From Candidatus Saccharimonadota bacterium (lineage in GTDB: Archaea; Micrarchaeota; Micrarchaeia; Micrarchaeales; Micrarchaeaceae), in contig NZ_CP019964.1 in assembly GCF_002214165.1 (NCBI RefSeq), positions 390,001 to 422,000 on the forward strand: a stretch of 32,000 nt of DNA, read 5' to 3'. Positions 17,860-28,676 of this stretch are shown here, in pieces. The notes beneath the pieces were generated by a model. The model did no database searches. It saw nothing but the letters and a program-made list of their open reading frames with translations, and had not been told where the DNA came from. Made by a program: the position numbers and the translations under genes. The stretch's first letter is position 1. The number at the start of each line of letters is the position of its first letter.

Positions 17860-18717
17860 TTGGAAAAAGTCATCGAAAAGGTAATACCCGGAAAGAGTAC
17901 GCATGATGGTGCAGGAGTAAAGCTGTTCAGGGTATTCTCAAATATACCTGATCTTACTGATCCTTTCCTTCTGCTAGACAACTTTGGCTCATCAGATATA
18001 AAAGATTACATAGAAGGTTTCCCCTGGCATCCGCACAGGGGAATAGAGACTGTAACTTATGTGATAAAAGGCAAGGTGGACCACAGGGACAGCGAGGATA
18101 ACCAAGGAACCATATATCCTGGAGACCTACAGTGGATGAGTGCTGGAAGCGGCATATTCCACGAGGAAATGCCAAAATATATCGAGGAGAAAAATAAGAT
18201 ATATCCAGACATGGTCGGATTCCAGTTATGGATAAACCTGCCTGCAAACAGGAAGATGTCAACTCCTGTATACAGATCAATAAAAGGCAAAGATGTGCCT
18301 TCAATAAGATTGGGAAGCAGTGAGATAAAGCTTATAGCCGGAAGGTTTGGAAATGACTATGGCGCATATGACGGAGGCACGCAAGATGTCACCTATATGC
18401 ACGTAAAGCTTAATGATGACAGGATAGCTTTCAGCATAAAGGAATTATACAGGGCTATAATATACGTGTTTGAAGGATATGCAAAAGTTGGCAACAGCGT
18501 ATACAGCAAAGGCCAAGCTATTATATTCAGCGAAGCTGGAAACTCCATATCTGTAAGCGGCAAAGGGGAGCTGATGTTCATGAGCGGAAGGCCATTGAAA
18601 GAGCCTGTTGCATGGTACGGCCCCATAGTGATGAATAATTACGATCAGATAAAGCAGGCACTCCTTGAATTGCAGCATAATGCATTTGTAAAGGACAGGA
18701 AGCCATTATTCGAATAA
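17860..18717 (+). CDS. Pirin family protein
   Basis: 285 aa. FPWHPHRGIETVTYVIKG and ..LQWMSAGSGIFHEE.. are cupin/pirin signatures. The start is TTG. G+C is about 48% on a sampled line. Confidence 0.9.
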   Translation: MEKVIEKVIPGKSTHDGAGVKLFRVFSNIPDLTDPFLLLDNFGSSDIKDYIEGFPWHPHRGIETVTYVIKGKVDHRDSEDNQGTIYPGDLQWMSAGSGIFHEEMPKYIEEKNKIYPDMVGFQLWINLPANRKMSTPVYRSIKGKDVPSIRLGSSEIKLIAGRFGNDYGAYDGGTQDVTYMHVKLNDDRIAFSIKELYRAIIYVFEGYAKVGNSVYSKGQAIIFSEAGNSISVSGKGELMFMSGRPLKEPVAWYGPIVMNNYDQIKQALLELQHNAFVKDRKPLFE

Positions 18718-18750
18718 GATAAAATATAATTAATAAGAATAAAGTTTTTA

Positions 18751-19353
18751 TCATTGAAGTTCCTCTAGCATTTTCTCAAACTTTTCGTTATACTCATTAA
18801 TCATTTCCTTATAATCTATATTAAACATTTTATAATACTCTTCATTGGATACCGCAATGCTTGGTGCTAATGTTCCAGATTTCAAATTTAATCTTTTATA
18901 AAATTCTTTTATACTCTCCTCTGAAGGACCCTCTACCTCCATCTTGTAAGGCAACTTAGGCCATTTATCTATAACTATATCCAGATTATTTTCTTTATAA
19001 CGATAATCAATTCTGCTTTTTTCTATATAACTATACTTTGCATCAGGCAACATTTTAAGTATTATTTTAGCGGTTGTTATGAAATCGCTCGTTTCTACTT
19101 CATACTCTAATCTTTTGTTTATATCTGTTCCGTACTGCTCCTTCAAAGTAAGGGTCGTTTTCTTTCCATCGCTCCTTACACGTGCCCATTTGGTATAATA
19201 TTCTTCGCTTTCTATGTTTCCTCTATTTTCTATTTCAATGTTTAAAATCTTGTAATTGTAAGTCCCTACATAATTGGCTTCTAATTCTTGCAGTCTTTCT
19301 TTAGCCTCTTCTAAATTTATATTGGTGACACTTATCTCAATTTCGTGTAGCAT
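18751..19353 (-). CDS. CYTH-domain protein (CyaB/triphosphate tunnel metalloenzyme-like), tentative
   Basis: 200 aa. There is an N-terminal HEIEISV (ExExK-like start), alternating charged beta-strand pattern, and ..YKMEVEGPSEESIKEFYKRLNL... The size fits class IV cyclase/CYTH proteins. The call rests on motifs only. Confidence 0.45.
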   Translation of the reverse strand: MLHEIEISVTNINLEEAKERLQELEANYVGTYNYKILNIEIENRGNIESEEYYTKWARVRSDGKKTTLTLKEQYGTDINKRLEYEVETSDFITTAKIILKMLPDAKYSYIEKSRIDYRYKENNLDIVIDKWPKLPYKMEVEGPSEESIKEFYKRLNLKSGTLAPSIAVSNEEYYKMFNIDYKEMINEYNEKFEKMLEELQ

Positions 19354-19495
19354 ATTATCACTTTAAATATAATTAAATTTTTATAATTAAATTTTATTAA
19401 TACTTTTTATCTAATTTATTTATCAATATTTTCCATTAAGCCTATTTAGGATATAGCTATCTAGCTAGAATACCATTTCATTAATTAATAATATT

Positions 19496-19732
19496 CTATT
19501 TATTCAATATATTATCATCTATCTCTATTACCTTTCTTTTGCTTAAACTTCCTTTCACTATAGTTATGGATGATTTAGGTACATTGAAGTAATCAGATAG
19601 TATAGTTATAAGCCTTGAATTCGCTTTACCTTCAACAGGAGGAGCATCCACTTTTACTTTAAATGAAGAATCAGATATCTTTATTACTTCTGACTTTCTT
19701 GAATTTGGGATTACCGAAACTAAGATTTTCAT
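19496..19732 (-). CDS. DUF167 (YggU/UPF0235) family small protein
   Basis: 78 aa. ..VKVDAPPVEGKANSRLITILSDYFNVPKSSITIVKGSLSKRKVIEI matches the conserved P-x-x-G-K-A-N...G..S..K pattern of this family. Confidence 0.75.
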   Translation of the reverse strand: MKILVSVIPNSRKSEVIKISDSSFKVKVDAPPVEGKANSRLITILSDYFNVPKSSITIVKGSLSKRKVIEIDDNILNK

Positions 19733-19750
19733 ATAATCAAAATAATTTTA

Positions 19751-20569
19751 TTAATTCATTTGTAAAGCGGATTTCGAAAACTTAAATTCAACACTTTTAT
19801 TATTTATGTTGCCTTTTAAAGTTGGCATTTTTCCATTATTTTCTTTAATTCCTTTTTCCATATCATTTATCTCTTTCAATGAGATATAAATATCAAAGTC
19901 AATTTGTTTAAAATTATTTGATATTATCTTATAGTAAATTTTTGTAACTTTATTGGGATCATTGTTATAATCATTATCAAATTTAAAATAATTAGTAATT
20001 TGATATGACAAATTTTTCACTGGATAAAAAATATTATTTTCTTTAATTGTTCTCACTTTTGCAATAACAAAAGCATCAAATCTTAATATTCCATTATCCT
20101 GTAAAATATCTGAGCTAACCGAATCAAAACTTATGCCATTGCCTAATATTGAACATCTTGGATTGGTATAATTATAATCTGGTGATTCTCTTAAATTTTT
20201 TGTGAATTTTTGGATTTTATCCCCAAAAAATTCAATTTTATCAATTATTATTTGACAATTTGTAACATTTTCTTTTTTACTATAATTTTTGATACTAAAA
20301 ACCATTAAATATGGAGTGGTTGCACCTTCTATGTCAAAATTTTTACATGGAGAATAAAAATAGTATGATTCTAAATTAATTTTATCATTTTTAATAGAAA
20401 TTATGAATGAATAAAAGCCTAGAAGGATAGCTACTAAGCTAATTAGGATACTTATAATGCTATTGTTAAATAATTTAATCCATACAGCAACCGCTATAAA
20501 TATAATAAGTATCGGCATAATTATAATTTCTAAATTAATTAAATTATCCTTATTTACATATTTTCCCAT
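19751..20569 (-). CDS. Hypothetical membrane protein (two N-terminal TM helices + ~190-aa soluble domain)
   Basis: 272 aa. The TM segments are IIIMPILIIFIAVAVWIKLF and IISILISLVAILLGFYSFIISI. The rest is Asn/Lys/Ile-rich with no motif I recognise. It lies 85 nt downstream of res and 18 nt upstream of DUF167. Confidence 0.5.
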   Translation of the reverse strand: MGKYVNKDNLINLEIIIMPILIIFIAVAVWIKLFNNSIISILISLVAILLGFYSFIISIKNDKINLESYYFYSPCKNFDIEGATTPYLMVFSIKNYSKKENVTNCQIIIDKIEFFGDKIQKFTKNLRESPDYNYTNPRCSILGNGISFDSVSSDILQDNGILRFDAFVIAKVRTIKENNIFYPVKNLSYQITNYFKFDNDYNNDPNKVTKIYYKIISNNFKQIDFDIYISLKEINDMEKGIKENNGKMPTLKGNINNKSVEFKFSKSALQMN

Positions 20570-20654
20570 ATATTCATCAATTTATTTTTATCACATATTT
20601 TAAAAAAGATCTAAATAAAATATAAAAATTAATAATTTAAGCAAGAGGAATTAA

Positions 20655-23207
20655 TTATTTAAGATCTAAGTCTTTAGCATATTTAGATGTAAAGAATTGA
20701 ATCATATTTTCAAAATTGTCAAAATGATATTTATCAAATCCATTTTCATTAATCCTAACATATACCCATTTGTCTCCGGTAACTCTTTCAGCATCTTCAC
20801 ACCATAATATAGCTCTCTTATCCTTAAATTTTACATCTATATCCTCTTCCCCTTTTGTCTCTGCAATAACATACTTATTCTGCATTTTTATAATAAAATC
20901 AGGAATATAATGCCTTAGGTTTCCTTCAGAATCCCTATACTCTATAGAAAATCCTATTTTTTGAACAATTTTTGAAAATGCAATAACGTCTTCTGTAGAA
21001 TCTAGAAAACGCGAAAAATTGACCTCAAGATTATTATCACAGGGCACATAATTAAAAATGCATTTATTAGCTTGATATACATCTTTAGTCCATGGAAAAG
21101 GTGATGTTTCTGATATTAAAATCCTATCAGATTTATCTACCTCTCTATTAATAAACGCAAGATTCTTCATGCTTTCTCCAAATGCTTTTATTATTTTTTC
21201 TTCTACTTCTGGCTGGCTTATCTGAAATAAAACTCTTGGGTCATTTATATTAACCTCTTGATCAAACAATTTCTTTTCTATATACTCTTTTACAATTGGG
21301 TATAAATCAGCAAACATATTGGTAAGTTTGATTTCATTTAATATTTTACCTGTGTAATATGCTATTACACTTTTTACATCTTGTGGCACCGGTAAATCCC
21401 AACTTCTCTCAACTTGAACTGCTCCAGTTACCATATCAAAAGCTTTATAATTTGTTTTGAAAATCTTATTTTCAAGTTTTATAGAAAGTGAAGGTATTTT
21501 ATCTAGTATACCTTCGTTAATTTCAAATTCTCTAACTATAATTGATGGAGTAAGAATTGGAATTTCTATATCTAAGTTCTTTTTATCTAAATCAACAGAT
21601 ATTGCTACTATATTAATTGGATTTTCTAATTTTGTAGTTCCAAATTTTATATTTTCATCCTTTTCTAATTCCTCTATAATTTGCATAAGACCTGGGGATC
21701 CTATAACTTCTAATATATTTATAAAGTCCTTTATGCTAGCATTTTCATCTGGAAACATCTTTCTAAGACCTCTTCCTATTACTTGCTCTGGAAGTACATT
21801 TCTTTCTGATGTATAAGATCTTAAACCAACTATAACATTTACATTACGTACATCCCAACCTTCATTTAGCATCATAGTACTTACTATAACTCTATAATTG
21901 TTATTATCGCTATCAATAGATTGGGCAGATTTTCTTGCCTCTTCGATATCAGATTTTGCTACTTCTCCAGTACTGTCTGTATGAATTAATAGAACTTTTT
22001 TAGAGAATTGAGGTAATGTTTCAAGATATTCCTTTAATTGATCCGCTTGTTTATTATCGGGACATTGGAAAAATAATATTGGCTTCTTATTTAGTTTTGC
22101 TAATGCCTCATTATATTCCTGCCATCTTCTTATACCTGCATCAATCCATGCCTTATAACGTTCAACAACATTAGTTGATGTTACCTCAGTAGCATTTTGA
22201 ACTATACCTTTCAAAGGCCTTTTTACTATATTCATTTCTATAGCTTCCTTTAATGTGAAATCAACTATTAGCCAAGGAAATAGAACTCCATTTTCAGCTC
22301 TTGGAGTAGCTGAAAAGTCTAGTTCCATATTAAAGCCTTTTCCATACTCTGACTTTAAAGCTCTATGGAGATCTATTAGTATCTGTTTCCATTTCTTTTC
22401 GTAATTATATATATGGTGGGCTTCATCCTTTAGTATCATTATATTAGGTATTTTCTCAAGCACTTCTTTTATTCTGTTATCTTGGGCAATGTTTGTTCTA
22501 TTAACTTCCTTTAAATCTAAAACTTTATCAATAAATTCATCTGCTTCCTTTTTCCTATTAGCTTTATCCTGTAGTTGCTGAACATTTGTAAGAAATAGCA
22601 CTGAATCGGGTATATCATTTATAGGATCTTCTTTTAAGATAACCTTAATATTAAATTCATCTATCCATTCGGGTGGAATTAATGGTATTTCATGAAAAAT
22701 TTTACCATTTTCGTAATCTCTTTTAAGACGATCATAGATGACATTTTTTTCACCTGCAATCAAAAGAAATTTTGATGTATAATCATCATTACTTTCAAAC
22801 TTATGATTAAAGTATTGCCATACAATAGATAATGCCATAACATACGTTTTTCCAGAACCTGTAGCCATTTTAAATCCATAGAGTGGATAGATGTCTGTAC
22901 TTGGATCAAATACTTGTGGTTTATCCCCAAAATTTGCCATCAGATCTAAAAACTTCCTTATTTTCATAACTTCGTAAATATAGATTAAAGTTTCAATAGA
23001 TTCTCTTTGGGCATACCAAAATTCAAATTTTTCATTGTTTATTATATGATCCTCATTAAACCAGAAATTTAGAAGTCTTTTAGTAGTATTTGTTACATTT
23101 GGATATCCAGAATCTCTCCATACTTTAATAGCGGGTCTTAATTTATTTACTAGATACGCTTTGCTTTCATCTCTGTCCTGTGGTAATAAGATATCTGATG
23201 GGTTCAT
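20655..23207 (-). CDS. res: Type III restriction enzyme, Res subunit (helicase-nuclease)
   Basis: 850 aa. Helicase motif I is MATGSGKTY and motif II is LKDEAHH. The C-terminal nuclease motif is YIPDFIIKMQNKYVIAETKG (PD...ExK). The ATG overlaps the mod stop (ATGA, 23204-23207). Confidence 0.9.
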   Translation of the reverse strand: MNPSDILLPQDRDESKAYLVNKLRPAIKVWRDSGYPNVTNTTKRLLNFWFNEDHIINNEKFEFWYAQRESIETLIYIYEVMKIRKFLDLMANFGDKPQVFDPSTDIYPLYGFKMATGSGKTYVMALSIVWQYFNHKFESNDDYTSKFLLIAGEKNVIYDRLKRDYENGKIFHEIPLIPPEWIDEFNIKVILKEDPINDIPDSVLFLTNVQQLQDKANRKKEADEFIDKVLDLKEVNRTNIAQDNRIKEVLEKIPNIMILKDEAHHIYNYEKKWKQILIDLHRALKSEYGKGFNMELDFSATPRAENGVLFPWLIVDFTLKEAIEMNIVKRPLKGIVQNATEVTSTNVVERYKAWIDAGIRRWQEYNEALAKLNKKPILFFQCPDNKQADQLKEYLETLPQFSKKVLLIHTDSTGEVAKSDIEEARKSAQSIDSDNNNYRVIVSTMMLNEGWDVRNVNVIVGLRSYTSERNVLPEQVIGRGLRKMFPDENASIKDFINILEVIGSPGLMQIIEELEKDENIKFGTTKLENPINIVAISVDLDKKNLDIEIPILTPSIIVREFEINEGILDKIPSLSIKLENKIFKTNYKAFDMVTGAVQVERSWDLPVPQDVKSVIAYYTGKILNEIKLTNMFADLYPIVKEYIEKKLFDQEVNINDPRVLFQISQPEVEEKIIKAFGESMKNLAFINREVDKSDRILISETSPFPWTKDVYQANKCIFNYVPCDNNLEVNFSRFLDSTEDVIAFSKIVQKIGFSIEYRDSEGNLRHYIPDFIIKMQNKYVIAETKGEEDIDVKFKDKRAILWCEDAERVTGDKWVYVRINENGFDKYHFDNFENMIQFFTSKYAKDLDLK

Positions 23208-25246
23208 ATTTTCACCTTTATAATTTTATTGGTATCATTACCAAAGACATCCACAACTTTTACCATTACTTGGTATTCTCCTTTTTCTTCGTATTTGTGG
23301 TTTGCTTCATATTCGACTTTTAGATCTTTCTTTGTTCTGTAGCTTTGCCATTGATTATGGAATGTATCCCCTTTAAAATCCCAATCAACAGCCCAATAGT
23401 CAATAAGTTGTCTTGAATCTTTTAAATTTTTAAGTGCTTCTAGAACATCTGGGCTAGGATTAAGATTGAAATCTTCGATTTTCAAAGTTAACTCTTTATC
23501 CGATATAACCTTTGAAATTCCTAAGTAAGCAAGTTCATTGAATTTTACTGATGGAATAAGATTTTTCTTAATTACTTGGTCAGGTATCTTTAAAAGTTTA
23601 AGATCAAAGTCACTATCTGCTAAAACAGATTTTAACTCATTCACATTTGGTATCTGAATCAATCTAAGGTCTAATCCTTCTTTTTCTGCTAATTTTTTTG
23701 CTAAATCATTAACTTCATAGTTCCATTCCCATCCTAGAACATCTGCTTCCTTAAAGTTGTTATTTATGCACTCTGTGATAAAATTCCTGATCTCGTCCAT
23801 TGAAACTGGTGAATTACTTGAACCTATGTGAACAGCTCTTGGACCTTTCGAAGCATGTATATAGCGGAATCCATTGAGAGGATTTGCCTCATACAGTTTA
23901 ATCATAAATGATAAGTAATCCTGCGGATTTTCCTTCCAGTATGCAAGCTCATAGTTTCCAATGTTCCAGAGCTCAAATGGTCTTGCAGGTTTGCCATATT
24001 TGTCTTTCTTCTCATCCATTAAATCCTTTGAATTATGAATATCAAGTAACCTCTTTCTTGTAACCTGAATAGCATATTTAGATAGATCTGAGCCTATCCA
24101 TCTTCTTCCTAATTTTTCTGCAACTGCAAGAGTTGTGCCAGAACCGCAGAAGAAGTCTGCTACTAAATCTCCAGGACTAGAGGAAGATAGAATTATCCTT
24201 TTAAGTAACGACTCGGGCTTTTGAGTGTCGAATTGTAAAAATTCTTGCGATTGGCCTTGTAGCGGATTTACTTCTTTATCCACCCAGATGTCCGAAACTA
24301 TTTGACCATGTGTATCTTTTAAGTATACCTTTAATCTATATCCTCCGTTTTTTGTTTTGTAGATTTTTCCTTCATTCCAGAACATTTCTAAATTTTCTTG
24401 AGAATATAACCAAGGCGCGGTTATGCCCCTAAATTCAAACACTTTGCGTCCAACTGTCCTTTGTGTCCCTCCAGCAATCAGTGCAGTAGTTTGGTATGGA
24501 CCTTTCCCGTCACCGTCATCATAAACAAAACTCCTCAGATAATCTTCATTAGGGGTTTTATAAACAGGATTAATATTGATTAATTGTTTATTTTTACCAT
24601 AAATGAAAATCATATCATATTGATTCCCAAACCCAATTGATTGAGCTTTAGGGCTGTTTGTTTTTCTCCACACAATTTGATTAATGTAATTATCATATCC
24701 AAAAATCTCATCCATCATAACCTTAACGTAATGTCCGATGTGTTCATCTAGATGGATCCATATTGTGCCATTTTCTACTAATAACTCTTTCATTAAGGAT
24801 AACCTGTTATACATGTACTTCAAGTATGATGCGATTCCCCCACTCCAGGTATCATTATAAGCCCTCTTTTCAATTATTGATGGTTCTTTTTCAATTTCTG
24901 AATCATCAACTTTGGTTTTAAAGGAAAAATTTGAACCTGTGTAGAATGGTGGGTCTATATAAATCAGATTTATCTTTCCCGCCCATCCCTGTTTTAAGAG
25001 TGAAGACATCACGAGCTTGTTATCTCCCCAGATAAGTTTATTCCTCCAGTCCTTAGGATAGTTTTCTGGCCATTTATCCTCAGGAAATAGGGATGCATTT
25101 ACACCACCCTTGGATCTTGGTTTGTTGACTGTTTCAACTACCTGAAACGGTAGATTTGGGTAATCGATCGGAGTCATATGGCTAATTTCCATTTTTTTAT
25201 ACTTATCATGCCATAGTAGCTCCACATATTTCTCGTCCTTTTCCAT
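23204..25246 (-). CDS. mod: Type III restriction-modification methyltransferase, Mod subunit
   Basis: 680 aa. Motif IV (LIYIDPPFYTGSNF) precedes motif I (VADFFCGSGTT). This beta-class order is typical of type III Mod proteins. Confidence 0.9.
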   Translation of the reverse strand: MEKDEKYVELLWHDKYKKMEISHMTPIDYPNLPFQVVETVNKPRSKGGVNASLFPEDKWPENYPKDWRNKLIWGDNKLVMSSLLKQGWAGKINLIYIDPPFYTGSNFSFKTKVDDSEIEKEPSIIEKRAYNDTWSGGIASYLKYMYNRLSLMKELLVENGTIWIHLDEHIGHYVKVMMDEIFGYDNYINQIVWRKTNSPKAQSIGFGNQYDMIFIYGKNKQLININPVYKTPNEDYLRSFVYDDGDGKGPYQTTALIAGGTQRTVGRKVFEFRGITAPWLYSQENLEMFWNEGKIYKTKNGGYRLKVYLKDTHGQIVSDIWVDKEVNPLQGQSQEFLQFDTQKPESLLKRIILSSSSPGDLVADFFCGSGTTLAVAEKLGRRWIGSDLSKYAIQVTRKRLLDIHNSKDLMDEKKDKYGKPARPFELWNIGNYELAYWKENPQDYLSFMIKLYEANPLNGFRYIHASKGPRAVHIGSSNSPVSMDEIRNFITECINNNFKEADVLGWEWNYEVNDLAKKLAEKEGLDLRLIQIPNVNELKSVLADSDFDLKLLKIPDQVIKKNLIPSVKFNELAYLGISKVISDKELTLKIEDFNLNPSPDVLEALKNLKDSRQLIDYWAVDWDFKGDTFHNQWQSYRTKKDLKVEYEANHKYEEKGEYQVMVKVVDVFGNDTNKIIKVKI

Positions 25247-25248
25247 AT

Positions 25249-25554
<306 letters not shown>

Positions 25555-25782
25555 TTTTCATAAAGTATTATTTAAATAAACTTAAATAGATTGTCTTAGT
25601 ATATTATTTTTAGATATAATATTATTTATATATACTAAAATAGTAATGGAAAAATTAGAAAAATTTGGTATATTAATATTTTGATATTTTGTTTAGTATG
25701 CAATAAAACGAAAGTTCATAATTATATAAGATAAAACGTAATATATTTAAAATATCTTAAACTAATTATACGTGGTGTTAAA

Positions 25783-26244
25783 ATGGAAGATTGTATACCT
25801 AATAGATATAGTGAATTATATAAAAGTTTAAATAATGAAATAAATAATATTATAGAGTACAGTTTAAAAACTCAAGATCAAGAATTGGATTGTATAAATA
25901 AAGAGATTCAGAATGCTGAAAATATGGAAGATTTAAATTTGGTTTTTGATAATTTAAAATTATTTAGATTAAAACTCATAAAGGATGTTGAACGAAAGCT
26001 AAGACAAGAAAAAGCAAAAGAAATAGACTATGAAATGCACTATGAAATGTTTTCATATAGAAAAATAAGTGCTCTATTACTATCATTGATAGAAACCAAT
26101 GTAGATAAGGCTATTGAATCATTATTTAAAATAGATACCAACGTAATAGGATCGGTCGAAAAAATTGCAAAAAAGCTAGGAGCTAAAGGATTTTCAATTA
26201 CACTAGGTTTACCCCTTAATTTAACAGTTACATTAAATTACTAA
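25783..26244 (+). CDS. Hypothetical protein, helical/coiled-coil-like
   Basis: 153 aa with ATG start and no motif I recognise. It is the only sizeable ORF between the two 82-bp repeat copies. Confidence 0.5.
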   Translation: MEDCIPNRYSELYKSLNNEINNIIEYSLKTQDQELDCINKEIQNAENMEDLNLVFDNLKLFRLKLIKDVERKLRQEKAKEIDYEMHYEMFSYRKISALLLSLIETNVDKAIESLFKIDTNVIGSVEKIAKKLGAKGFSITLGLPLNLTVTLNY

Positions 26245-26540
26245 GTTAAATTAACATAAATAGACAAAATTAATAAAATTTACTAAGTAATAAAAAATAA
26301 ACATTTTGTTATTCAGTTCATCTAATAACCTGATAGATAAAGTCATCGTAAAAAAGGATTCTGATAAACTTATAAGTACTGAACTGTTTTTCTTTACAAG
26401 CGCTAAACACTCGTGCAATACAATATTTGCATCTATTATAAGCTCAAGATCATATTACCTAAACTATATAAAGTTTTTTCAAAGAAATCTTTATATTGAG
26501 TTTTAACTTCTTCAAACGTATTTATAATAACAAATATATC

Positions 26541-26622
26541 CACCAATAGCCTTTCTTATATAGCGTTGAGCTAAAACGCATTTTTCATAAGGTATTATTT
26601 AAATAAACTTAAATAGATTGTC
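26541..26622. repeat. Direct repeat copy 2 (82 bp)
   Basis: CACCAATAGCCTTTCTTATATAGCGTTGAGCTAAAACGCATTTTTCATAAGGTATTATTTAAATAAACTTAAATAGATTGTC. Here the duplicated minus-strand start gives only MRFSSTLYKKGYWWIYLLL* (19 codons). Confidence 0.9.
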
Positions 26623-26726
26623 CCGTTGTACCATTTTTGTATACCTGCTCAATGAGCATTATTAAAAAATTTTTATTAAAAGAAACATTTAAATTCTTTT
26701 TAATTATTTTATATAAATGCGTTTAA

Positions 26727-27020
26727 ATGAATGGATTAAAAGAGAGAACCCAAGAGATAATTTTTAATAAAGACGGTATCATTGTAACCGAAACTGTAGA
26801 TGATCTAGTTAATAAAACTAACGGGATCAGACTAACAAGGTATGATTCACTTACTGAGTTATATACCAAATTTCAGGGACCAATAGTATTAAAATCTATA
26901 AAGATTGAGATGTCAGCTGATGTATTAATGTCTTTGACTTTGGTAGTTTACAATGAAGATGATTGTTATGATGAAAATCCAAAAATGGTTCTCTATTTTG
27001 AAAGAGCAGATAAAAATTAA
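26727..27020 (+). CDS. Hypothetical small protein
   Basis: 97 aa with ATG start, 104 nt downstream of repeat copy 2. No motif I recognise. Confidence 0.45.
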   Translation: MNGLKERTQEIIFNKDGIIVTETVDDLVNKTNGIRLTRYDSLTELYTKFQGPIVLKSIKIEMSADVLMSLTLVVYNEDDCYDENPKMVLYFERADKN

Positions 27021-27286
27021 GAATTCGTATTAGATTGTAAAGAGCATAAAACAAAGGATTAATATAGAATCCTTGAAAAACCTGCGAATTTCTTATAAAA
27101 GAAGGAAAACTAACTCAAAATCTCATACCAATAGAATTAGAGCATTCTAGAGTAATAGAATTTATATTGAGATATTAATAGTTATGAAATAGCCATTAAA
27201 ATTCCATATTAGTTCTTTAAAAGTTTGAATATCCTGAAAGCATAGGTAAAAGAATAACTATTTATATATGATGATAATAATATAAA

Positions 27287-28334
27287 TTGATTTATATGGA
27301 CAATAATGAAAATCGATCAAAAGATCAAAATAATGGTATACAAGTTTGGGTAAATAAGATAAAATTAGATAAAGAAGATGAAGAAGATAAAGATAAAGAA
27401 GATAGAAGAGACAGAAAATGGTATACTAGCTCTTCTGAGTATTGCATAAAAGAGGGATATGTAGCTATTGGTTATGGTGTACGTGAGTATCCTTTAGATT
27501 GGGAAATCTATAAAGAGGAAGTAAAAAAAGGATATGGAAAAAATAAATTTCACGGAAAATTTAAAAATGATTTAGAAAATGTAATAATACCATTTCATGA
27601 TTTAGTTAAAAAAATGATCTATGTTGGGCTAGAACAGAAGATAGAAATTATTGGCTAGGTAAAATAACAGATGGTGTATGGCATTATATAGAAGGTACTG
27701 GATTTGATATACATAATGTAAAGAAATGTAATTGGATTAAAATCGGTGAAGAAATAGATAATATTCCTTTAGAGGTAATAAAGAGCCTTGGTCGTGGAAA
27801 AAAGAAATACATGATACAAGCAGAAGAAGAAGAAACTAAAATATTATCTGAATATTTATGGTCTAAAAATAATGGCGAAAATCTTAGTAAATATAATCTT
27901 GAATTAAAAGGTATGGATATATCAAAATTAATTTCAACATGGGATTATGAAGATATAATAGGGATTTATTTACAAAAGAAATGTGGCTATTATATAATAC
28001 CATCAACAAGAGGACCAAATACCCCAAAATATGAATACAATCTGTAAAAGAGGATAATGGAAAAACAAAACGCGCATTTATTCAGGTAAAAACAGGTAAA
28101 TCAGGAATAAATTTAAAGGATTATACTGATAAAAATGAATATTATTTATTTTCTGAAGGAAGTCATTATTATAATGACAAAAAAGAACTAAACAATACAG
28201 AATTGGATGAATTTTTGAAAGAAAATAAAAATTTTCATATATTAAACAGAGATGAACTTATTAAATTTATATATGATAATAAGGGGATTTTACCTGAAAG
28301 AGTGACTAATTTACTTAATTTATGTGCAAAATAA
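27287..28334 (+). pseudogene. Frameshifted gene for a PD-(D/E)xK (restriction-endonuclease-fold) protein, three frame segments
   Basis: Frame A runs 27287-27613 and frame B to 28044 (the track's ORF 27811..28047 is its tail). Frame C runs 28044-28334 and is absent from the track because it has no start. My joined reading: ..FHDLVKK/NDLCWARTEDRNYWLGKITDGVWHY...STWDYEDIIGIYLQKKCGYYIIPSTRGPNTPKYEYN/VKEDNGKTKRAFIQVKTGKSG...LLNLCAK*. The D...QVK pattern spans the second break. Confidence 0.65.
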
Positions 28335-28676
28335 GAAAATTAACTTTTAATTATTTTATCTGTATTTTTAATATTTATGCTAAGTAAATCCTATAAAATT
28401 ATCTTTATGACTGTCCAAGAATGATTGGTTTCAGCTTTAAACATCCTTTTTCTTTCCTCATCTGAATCATGAACTAATATATCTCTATCCATTCTGAACT
28501 TCATTAAGATATTTTAATATATCCTCTTTATCCAATATACGATTTATACGTTTTAATAAGTCTACCAATAACTATGGATTTTAGTATCAGAAAATAAACA
28601 TTTAAGAATTCAACAACTTAAGAATTATAATAATAATAACTAATAAGAATATGATTATATATAAATTAATAAAAAG

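Noticed and set aside
26306-26506. 66-aa ORF between the 153-aa gene and repeat copy 2.
   Set aside because: It has a non-ATG start (TTG) and an unremarkable Ser/Ile/Phe-rich translation with no motif. It sits in what looks like filler between the cassette gene and the repeat. Evidence is insufficient to call a gene.
27608-28047. Programmed ribosomal frameshifting or transcriptional slippage as the explanation for the split nuclease gene.
   Set aside because: The A7 run could support slippage at the first break. The second break (28035-28046, ..ATACAATCTGTAAAAG..) has no slippery sequence, so two independent lesions and a pseudogene are more parsimonious. Sequencing error remains possible.
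28391-28504. Minus-strand 37-codon ORF (MKFRMDRDILVHDSDEERKRMFKAETNHSWTVIKIIL) plus an adjacent out-of-frame piece (..LLKRINRILDKEDILKYLNEVQNG*), possibly a broken small gene upstream of the two-gene operon.
   Set aside because: It is too short and has no motif. I could not reconstruct a convincing longer frame.
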